Source of the DNA: Promethearchaeota archaeon
GTDB lineage: Archaea > Asgardarchaeota > Lokiarchaeia > Sigyniarchaeales > SOKP01
Length of the DNA stretch: 16,890 bases
Assembly: GCA_048940925.1 (NCBI GenBank)
Contig: JBHLOC010000034.1
Span: 6,079-22,968 of the forward strand
Direction: 5' to 3'
The position numbers were made by a program, and so were the translations under genes. The notes under the pieces are model-generated. The model was not told the origin of the DNA and made no database searches. It saw only the letters and a list, made by a program, of their open reading frames with translations. Positions 1-6,153 of this stretch are shown here, piece after piece (within the stretch, counting starts at the first letter, position 1; each line of letters starts with the position of its first letter).

Positions 1-111
1 GAAGACCCTTTTACCACTGATTCAAACTTGCAGATCGTTATATGGCATAAGAAATAAAAATTAAAAAACCTACACGTGAAATTTTTTATTAAAAATACAT
101 TACTATTTTTT

Positions 112-297
112 ATGGCACAAAATGAAGATTCTAATTTAGAAGAATTTGCTAAAGAATTTATGGCAGAAGAAGGTTTAAAAGGAAAGGCAAGAAGAATAAA
201 AATAATGAAAATTATTGAAATGGTTGGCTACGATAAAGGAAAGATTAAAACAGCTTTGGCTCGTTCAACAATTACTGATAGGATTCATCATGATTAA
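112..297 (+). CDS. Small hypothetical protein (61 aa, MAQNEDSNLEEFAKEF...), likely first gene of the serS unit
   Basis: The ORF track starts at GTG 76, but codons 76-111 read as AT-rich promoter-like sequence, so ATG at 112 is the more plausible start. Charged helical composition and normal codon usage; ends 36 bp before serS. Confidence 0.7.
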   Translation: MAQNEDSNLEEFAKEFMAEEGLKGKARRIKIMKIIEMVGYDKGKIKTALARSTITDRIHHD

Positions 298-333
298 AAA
301 ACCTATAATTTAAAAAGAGAAAAGAGTTTTAAA

Positions 334-1623
334 ATGCTTGATATTGAATTATTCCGGAATAATATCGACAAGATTTTAGATTCAGAGAAAAAGAGATTTA
401 AAGATCCATCAAATGCAGAAAAAGTTTTTGAGTATGACAGGAAGTGGCGTGGAGCTATTACCAAATATCAAGAACTAAAGAAAAAACATAATGAAACATC
501 GCGTCAAATAGGGAAATTCAAAAAAGCTGGAAAGACTTATGAAGCTGAGGAAGCAATAAGAGCTACAAAAGAGTTGAAAGAACAAATAGATGAGTTAGAG
601 CAACTCAAGCAAGAATTTCTTGAACAAAGAGAAAAATATCGTTATATTGTGGGTAACTTGCTGCATGAGTCAGTCCCTGTTGGTGAAACAGAAGAAAATA
701 ATGAAATTATTAGAATATCTGGGACATTACCGAAATTTAATTTTACTCCTTTAAACCATGTTGAATTAATTGAAACCATTGATGGTGTAGACACTAAAAA
801 AGCTTCTGAAATTGTAGGATCACGATTTTATTATTTAAAAGGAGATTTAGTTTCACTCAATTTAGCTTTAATGAGATTTGCACTAGAATTTTTAGAAAAA
901 AAAGGATATTACCCACTATGGACTCCATTTTTCATCAAACATGATGTTATAAAAGCTGCTGCTGAACTAGCTGATTTTGAAGAACAATTATACAAAATCC
1001 AAGATGAGGATTTATTTATGATCGCAACTTCGGAGCAAACAATTGCAGCTTATCACTATGATGAAATTATAGAACCTGAAAGATTGCCCATTAAATATGC
1101 TGGAATATCTTCATGTTTTAGAAGAGAAGCTGGATCTCATGGTAAGGATACACTAGGTATATTTAGAGTACACAGGTTTGAAAAGGTTGAACAATATATT
1201 TTTTGTAAACCAGAAGAGTCATGGAAATTTCATGAAGAATTAATTAAAAATGCTGAAGAAATTTACACACAATTAGAATTACCTTATAGAATTGTAAATA
1301 TTGCATCTGGAGAATTAAATGATAATGCCGCCAAAAAGTATGATCTTGAGGGGTGGTTTCCTGCTTCAAAAAATTATCGAGAGCTGGTGAGTTGCAGTAA
1401 TTGTACTGATTATCAAGCAAGAAAATTAAAAATTAGGATAGGAAAAGTAGGTACTAATCAACCAAAAGAAATTCTACACACTTTAAATTCAACAGCAATA
1501 GCAACGAGCCGGACTATTTGTTGTATATTAGAAAATTATCAAAACGAAGATCATTCAATATCAATCCCATTAGTACTTCAGAAATACATGAATGGTAAAA
1601 AAGTTATTAAAGCAATAAAATAA
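334..1623 (+). CDS. serS: Serine--tRNA ligase (class II, archaeal/eukaryote-type)
   Basis: N-terminal MLDI plus coiled-coil tRNA-binding arm; motifs LIATSEQ-like (MIATSEQ), motif 2 CFRREAGSHGKDTLGIFRVHRFEKVE, KKYDLEGWFP, ELVSCSNCTDYQARKL and motif 3 HTLNSTAIATSR. Confidence 0.98.
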   Translation: MLDIELFRNNIDKILDSEKKRFKDPSNAEKVFEYDRKWRGAITKYQELKKKHNETSRQIGKFKKAGKTYEAEEAIRATKELKEQIDELEQLKQEFLEQREKYRYIVGNLLHESVPVGETEENNEIIRISGTLPKFNFTPLNHVELIETIDGVDTKKASEIVGSRFYYLKGDLVSLNLALMRFALEFLEKKGYYPLWTPFFIKHDVIKAAAELADFEEQLYKIQDEDLFMIATSEQTIAAYHYDEIIEPERLPIKYAGISSCFRREAGSHGKDTLGIFRVHRFEKVEQYIFCKPEESWKFHEELIKNAEEIYTQLELPYRIVNIASGELNDNAAKKYDLEGWFPASKNYRELVSCSNCTDYQARKLKIRIGKVGTNQPKEILHTLNSTAIATSRTICCILENYQNEDHSISIPLVLQKYMNGKKVIKAIK

Positions 1624-1637
1624 GAGGAAAAGTAAGA

Positions 1638-2876
1638 ATGATTGAAATATCTTTAGAGGAATTTGAAGATTTTTTTAAAGACAGAATTGATTCTAAATTT
1701 GCTAAAATAAAAAAAGCAACTTCTAAGGCTCTCGGGGAAATCCGAGAAAACATGATTGACATTAAAATTTGTATGGATCACTTTCTAGAAGCAGGAGAAG
1801 AGAAAATTGAAGCAAAAGCTCAAAAATCATTACATTTTTTCATAGATCGTATTAAAAAAGAGATTGATGAAATTGAAATTCCTGAAGCAGAAATTAATTA
1901 TGATAATCTAAATGCTTTATTAAACTCTATAAAAAGATTATTTCCTAGTATAAATGAAATAGCAAGGAAATCATTACCTAAATTTCAAAAAGAGGTACAG
2001 GGCCAAATAAAAGAGCTTAATTACATTACAAGAAAGCTTGGAAATAAACAAAAATCTTTGGATGATTTTTTAAGAAAAAAATATACTGGAGTCAAAGAAG
2101 CAGAAGATCTTCTGAAAAAATTACCGAAATTAGTTAATCTAAGGGATAATATAGAAAAAGCGAAGATTGATTTAGATGCATTCGAGAAAGATAGTGAACA
2201 AAAAAAAAAGGATCTGGGAAATTTGAATTCAGAATTAATAAAACTTGAGAATAATGAGTTGTTTCAAAAATTGGACACCGAGAAAAACACTTTATTTCAA
2301 TTAAGGTTAAAAATTAATGATGAAATAGGTTTTAAGAAAGCATTAAAAAAATTGAAATTTGATTTGGAGAAAGGGACATATAATATCTCAAATATTAATT
2401 TGAATTATCTTAAAGAGTTCCTAAAAAGTCCTATAAAAAAATTGATTGAGGAGTCAGATAGAACCGATTTCCCTAGGTTTTCCAGTTTAATGGTTCAATT
2501 ACGTCATGCATTAGAAGAAAGTAAATTAATTCTAAAATCTGAAACTAAAGAAAAGACAATTGAACAAATAAATATGATTTTTGAAGAGAAAACACTACAA
2601 AAAGATATTGAGAATTATTTACAAATTAAAAAGCGTATCGCAGAAATTGAACACAAAATTAATGATGCTGGGTTAGCTCAGAAATTAGAAGATATAAAAA
2701 ATAATATATCTTCTACAAGTGTAAAATTAGAACATGTAGAAGCAGATTATAATCGAAAAAACAAAGATTATACAAGATATCTTAGTAATTTAAAAAAAGA
2801 GAGGGAGGAATTTCAAAGTGCTGTAGAGCAAATTTTAGAAGAACCAATAAAAATTAATATCACTTTTTCGTTCTAA
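1638..2876 (+). CDS. Uncharacterised all-helical/coiled-coil protein (412 aa)
   Basis: Long ORF with an SD-like GAGGA at 1624-1628; K/E/L/I-rich heptad pattern; no Walker motif or TM segment seen. Confidence 0.85.
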   Translation: MIEISLEEFEDFFKDRIDSKFAKIKKATSKALGEIRENMIDIKICMDHFLEAGEEKIEAKAQKSLHFFIDRIKKEIDEIEIPEAEINYDNLNALLNSIKRLFPSINEIARKSLPKFQKEVQGQIKELNYITRKLGNKQKSLDDFLRKKYTGVKEAEDLLKKLPKLVNLRDNIEKAKIDLDAFEKDSEQKKKDLGNLNSELIKLENNELFQKLDTEKNTLFQLRLKINDEIGFKKALKKLKFDLEKGTYNISNINLNYLKEFLKSPIKKLIEESDRTDFPRFSSLMVQLRHALEESKLILKSETKEKTIEQINMIFEEKTLQKDIENYLQIKKRIAEIEHKINDAGLAQKLEDIKNNISSTSVKLEHVEADYNRKNKDYTRYLSNLKKEREEFQSAVEQILEEPIKINITFSF

Positions 2877-2898
2877 TGTTTTAAAGTTACATTAGAGT

Positions 2899-3630
2899 CT
2901 ATTCTTTCTTTAAAATTTTAAATGCTCTATTATTAGTCGCACTTGTTTTCTTTATTCGTAATTTTAAATTTTCTTTTAAAAATTTAAATACTTCCTTATG
3001 TTTTAAATTAAAAATTTTTAAATATTGGTAAGCAAGCACCAAATCTTGGGTGATATCGATGTCGAAACCTGCTCGAAAAGAATCATATATAACCAGTTTT
3101 TCTATTCCCTTTTTAACGGCATTGTTGATTAAAGCCACTAATGAGGGGATATGTGGGTGTGAAAAAGAGGATTCTATAATATCAGGAGGATTTCTCCCTA
3201 AAATTGAGATTCCAGCAGAATGAATGGCAGGACATACAACTAATTGATTTGATTTTACAAGTGTGTTGATTTCATTGAAATTTTTAGCTGAAATTAATAT
3301 TAAATCTAGAAAAGAAAAAATAGTTTGTTCAGCATGAAACTTGTTGATAGCAATGTCATTAAGGTCTTTGATAACCATATCAAAAGATTTTGGAGGTGTT
3401 GTTAAGTCTTCTTTGATTCCAATTAAGCCAAAATCTTCTGAAAGCTCTAATATTTCAGGAGTATTACAATATATGATTTTATGGTCGAAAAATTCTACGT
3501 TTGCTAATATTGTGCCAAGATCCTTAAACATTGCTATCGTTAGCTCTTTTAATTGATCGGCTGTAAAACAGTCTCTGAGACGTGATTTTGTTCTCGTTAA
3601 TGGAGCAATGGGTACAAGTAAAGAACTCAT
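2899..3630 (-). CDS. cofC: CofC-like 2-phospho-L-lactate/phosphoenolpyruvate guanylyltransferase (F420 biosynthesis), divergent
   Basis: N-terminal LVPIAPLTRTKSRL...L..AMFKDL resembles the CofC pattern VPVK...AKSRL...ML.DV; central DLILI corresponds to DLPL; C-terminal FDIDITQDL corresponds to DIDTPEDL. Confidence 0.75.
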   Translation of the reverse strand: MSSLLVPIAPLTRTKSRLRDCFTADQLKELTIAMFKDLGTILANVEFFDHKIIYCNTPEILELSEDFGLIGIKEDLTTPPKSFDMVIKDLNDIAINKFHAEQTIFSFLDLILISAKNFNEINTLVKSNQLVVCPAIHSAGISILGRNPPDIIESSFSHPHIPSLVALINNAVKKGIEKLVIYDSFRAGFDIDITQDLVLAYQYLKIFNLKHKEVFKFLKENLKLRIKKTSATNNRAFKILKKE

Positions 3631-3763
3631 TTTTCTTTTATTAGTAAGTATCTTCTAGATTCTTTGTAATAATTTTAAAAATCAAAAATAAATAGCAATA
3701 TTTAAGATTATTTAGTATCTATTTAAAAATATTTAAGTTTAGAATCTTGAAGATCATATTGCT

Positions 3764-4327
3764 TTATTTGAGCTTATTTAAAATCTGAATTGATAATCTT
3801 TCAAATGCTTCATTTACATTTTCATTCAATTTTGCAGAAGTCTCTAAATATTCAATTCTATATTGCTTTGCTTTTTCTTTAGCTTCTTCTATTTGGACCT
3901 GTCTTTCTTCTCTTCTATCAATTTTATTACCTATAATCATAAATGGAACATCTCCACTTAATTCCTTGACTTTTGAGATCCAGAAATCAATATTATTAAA
4001 TGATTCTCTATCTAAAATATCATAGATTATAAATGCGCCAACAGCTTGAACAAAATAATATTCATTGGAGAATAACTTATCATGTTGACCTCCCAAGTCC
4101 CAGAAATACAACTTAAAACCCTTTTTTTTAATGTCAGCCTTCAATTTAGGATTTTTGAGATCTAGTTGATCAATAATATTTAATAGATCAATTTCTTTAA
4201 TTAAGAAATTTGCTCCTATTGTTTGTTGATATTCTTCACTAAATTTATCATCAACATACCGCGCTAAAAGACTGGTTTTACCTACTCCTGCATCTCCACA
4301 TAAGATGCATTTACCACGGTAAGACAT
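3764..4327 (-). CDS. Rab-like small GTPase (Ras superfamily, eukaryotic signature protein)
   Basis: G1 GDAGVGKTS, G2/RabF1-like TIGANF, G3 WDLGGQ, G4 GNKID, G5 ETSAK; no C-terminal Cys prenylation motif. Confidence 0.95.
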   Translation of the reverse strand: MSYRGKCILCGDAGVGKTSLLARYVDDKFSEEYQQTIGANFLIKEIDLLNIIDQLDLKNPKLKADIKKKGFKLYFWDLGGQHDKLFSNEYYFVQAVGAFIIYDILDRESFNNIDFWISKVKELSGDVPFMIIGNKIDRREERQVQIEEAKEKAKQYRIEYLETSAKLNENVNEAFERLSIQILNKLK

Positions 4328-4357
4328 ATCGTTTTTTCCCCGAACTTCCTACTGAAA

Positions 4358-4373
4358 TAAAATATATTTTAAA
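4358..4373 (-). promoter_or_regulatory. Candidate TATA box for the Rab-like gene
   Basis: TTTAAAATATATTTTA on the minus strand, about 30-45 bp upstream of ATG 4327. The AT-rich background weakens the call. Confidence 0.35.
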
Positions 4374-4406
4374 TCTTAATTCTGAATTTTACTTTTTTTA
4401 ATATAT

Positions 4407-4421
4407 TCGTAATAATTACGA
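4407..4421. promoter_or_regulatory. Perfect 7-1-7 palindrome TCGTAAT-A-ATTACGA, candidate operator upstream of the Rab-like gene
   Basis: Read directly from the sequence; CG-containing arms in the trmB-rab intergenic region. Confidence 0.45.
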
Positions 4422-4451
4422 TCTAATTTATTTTTAATCATACAAAGTTAT

Positions 4452-5297
4452 TTAATTTGTAGAGGGGGTCTTCTTAGATGCTAATTGTATAAGTTTACAT
4501 TGGCTTGTTACAAAATACTTAAATAAGTGTTCGTAACCAATTAATTGTTTAGGAGCTCCATTCTCCAACCATAATCCTGAAGTATATTCCGGAGCCTCTT
4601 TTACTTGATCCAGGGTAGTGAGGAGAAATTGGTTATCAGTTATTAATAATCCAAACGGTAAAACATTATCTCCTTCAATAGAATGGATTGTGACTGAAAT
4701 TTTAAGTAATTTCTTTATCTCTTCTTTTAAAAGTTCGTTATATTTCAATGCAATAACAACTTGAATATTTGATGAAAATTTCTTATTCCAAAGCTCTCTT
4801 AATACCCAATCATATCCGCCTAGCTCTTGCATGAGTAAATCAGGAGTAATAATAAAAAAAATCCTTTCTTCCGCTGAACTAATTAACTCCTTAATTTTTT
4901 TCCTTATTTTTGATCTTGAATTAATAGCCCACACACGAGGCTCAGATTCTTCGGTATTTACTTCTAATTCACTTATAACTTTTTCTAAAACTAAAGTATC
5001 ATCAATTTTCTGTTTATATTCTTCACGAATCACTTTAAAAATTCGTTCTATCGGTATTACTTGATAATTTGCTCCCCTCTTAACAGGTTCTTTCTGAATG
5101 AATCCTTTTTCAATCAGCCTATTTAATGAATCATAAACTCGCGCACGATCTACTCCTGAGTATTTTGCTATATCTGCTGGACTCAAAAATTTATATTTGC
5201 ATAATGTTAATAAGACTTTAGAGTCATTTTTTGTGAACCCGAGGGATTGAAGAGATTCCTCAATTTCTTGTGTTTGAAGTGATTTTTTACTAGGCAT
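4452..5297 (-). CDS. TrmB-family transcriptional regulator / TrmBL2-like chromatin protein
   Basis: N-terminal wHTH LGFTKNDSKVLLTL...DIAKYSGVDRARVYDSLNRLIEKGFI, a coiled-coil linker, and a C-terminal PLD-like effector domain (IKELISSAEERIFFI...GLLITDNQFLL). Confidence 0.92.
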   Translation of the reverse strand: MPSKKSLQTQEIEESLQSLGFTKNDSKVLLTLCKYKFLSPADIAKYSGVDRARVYDSLNRLIEKGFIQKEPVKRGANYQVIPIERIFKVIREEYKQKIDDTLVLEKVISELEVNTEESEPRVWAINSRSKIRKKIKELISSAEERIFFIITPDLLMQELGGYDWVLRELWNKKFSSNIQVVIALKYNELLKEEIKKLLKISVTIHSIEGDNVLPFGLLITDNQFLLTTLDQVKEAPEYTSGLWLENGAPKQLIGYEHLFKYFVTSQCKLIQLASKKTPSTN

Positions 5298-5327
5298 ATT
5301 TGGATTGTATAAGAAAAATCAAATTCA

Positions 5328-5340
5328 TTATATATATTTT
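5328..5340 (-). promoter_or_regulatory. Candidate TATA box of trmB (short-leader or leaderless transcript)
   Basis: AAAATATATATAA on the minus strand about 31-43 bp upstream of ATG 5297; no SD before the ATG. Confidence 0.45.
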
Positions 5341-5710
5341 GGCTATATTACATTAGTCAAATAATTTATATTTTAATCTTTTTTTTTAGAAAATTTAAAA
5401 TTTCGATATCAAGAATTGAATCATTTTATATTATTTATTATTAAAAGAAGTTTATGTTTTAACTGATTACTGAACATATATCCAGTATTCAATCCGGAAT
5501 GAAGCAAAATTTCATATAACAAAAGTTCAAATTTTAGTAATTCTGTACTCCTTAAAAATTTAGCAATGGTTAATAATGGGTTAATTAATTTTCGAAGAAA
5601 ATATTGAAATATTAATAAAAGTAAAATATCAAAAAATTAAGGATTCACGGCTTTATCTAATAAAAATCAACTTTTTGATTTTGTCGGAAAAATTATTTTA
5701 ACATTAATAA

Positions 5711-5776
5711 ATCGATCTGATCTTCGAATCAATATGATCTCTTATGAGAGATATGATCTCTCATTGATTCGAATCA
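5711..5776. repeat. Nested inverted/direct repeat array directly upstream of the histone TATA box
   Basis: Inverted repeat TTCGAATCAAT 5723-5733 / ATTGATTCGAA 5763-5773; inverted repeat ATGAGAGAT 5744-5752 / ATCTCTCAT 5756-5764; direct repeat ATATGATCTCT 5732-5742 and 5751-5761; perfect palindrome TGATTCGAATCA 5765-5776. Confidence 0.85.
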
Positions 5777-5781
5777 TAACA

Positions 5782-5790
5782 TTTATATAA
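5782..5790 (+). promoter_or_regulatory. TATA box (TTTATATAA) of the histone gene
   Basis: Matches the archaeal TTTAWATA consensus, about 70-80 bp upstream of ATG 5861, implying a leader of roughly 45-50 nt that contains the SD. Confidence 0.7.
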
Positions 5791-5848
5791 TAGAAATGTG
5801 TAGTAATACTTAATTAACATCTATTTAACAAAATTATAAAAAATTAGT

Positions 5849-5854
5849 GGAGGA
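5849..5854 (+). promoter_or_regulatory. Shine-Dalgarno GGAGGA of the histone gene
   Basis: GGAGGA 6 nt before ATG 5861. Confidence 0.8.
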
Positions 5855-5860
5855 ATAAGA

Positions 5861-6097
5861 ATGGCTAAAAAGAAGGCTCCTGCTAAAAAGAAAGCTGAAG
5901 GGTATATTGCAAAAGCACCTATAAGAAGATTAATGAAAAAAGAAGGCGCAGATCTAGTCGCTGCTGAAGCACTAGACAAATTGATTGATTTCTTAGAAAA
6001 AAGTGCTGCTACAGCAACTAAAGACGCAATTAAGGTTTGTAAAGCTGACAAACGCAAACGTGTGACTGCTGCTGATATCAGAGCCGCTACTAGATAA
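5861..6097 (+). CDS. Archaeal histone (HMf-like fold) with a 13-aa Lys-rich N-terminal extension
   Basis: APIRRLMKKEGADLVAAEA...DAIKVCKADKRKRVTAADIRAA aligns without gaps to HMfB APIGRIIKDAGAERVSDDA...EAIKLARHAGRKTIKAEDIELA; strong SD, TATA box and a downstream T-tract. Confidence 0.95.
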   Translation: MAKKKAPAKKKAEGYIAKAPIRRLMKKEGADLVAAEALDKLIDFLEKSAATATKDAIKVCKADKRKRVTAADIRAATR

Positions 6098-6126
6098 ATT
6101 ACTTCAGATTTTTAAATATATTAATG

Positions 6127-6141
6127 TTTTTTTTCTTTTTT
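6127..6141 (+). terminator. Oligo-T archaeal terminator after the histone gene
   Basis: TTTTTTTTCTTTTTT about 30 bp downstream of the histone stop, in a convergent intergenic region. Confidence 0.6.
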
Positions 6142-6153
6142 ATTCGTTAACTT

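Noticed and set aside
1-64. Possible 3' end of an upstream CDS
   Set aside because: Two + frames are open (stops at 55-57 and 62-64) and the fragment is too short to choose between them or assign a product.
76-111. GTG-initiated N-terminal extension of the first ORF
   Set aside because: Encodes FFIKNTLLFF from AT-rich promoter-like DNA; ATG 112 is preferred.
3341-3556. 71-aa + strand ORF inside cofC
   Set aside because: Antisense shadow with Ser/Ile-rich composition and no motif.
4831-5064. 77-aa + strand ORF inside trmB
   Set aside because: Antisense shadow of a well-supported gene.
5298-5860. Replication origin, CRISPR array or tRNA in the long spacer
   Set aside because: No ORB-like repeats with G-strings and no adjacent cdc6/orc1; no regularly spaced repeat-spacer units; no GC-rich cloverleaf.
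5821-6057. 78-aa antisense ORF over the histone
   Set aside because: Shadow of the histone's GCT/AAA-biased codons; the + strand has the SD, TATA box and a recognisable fold.
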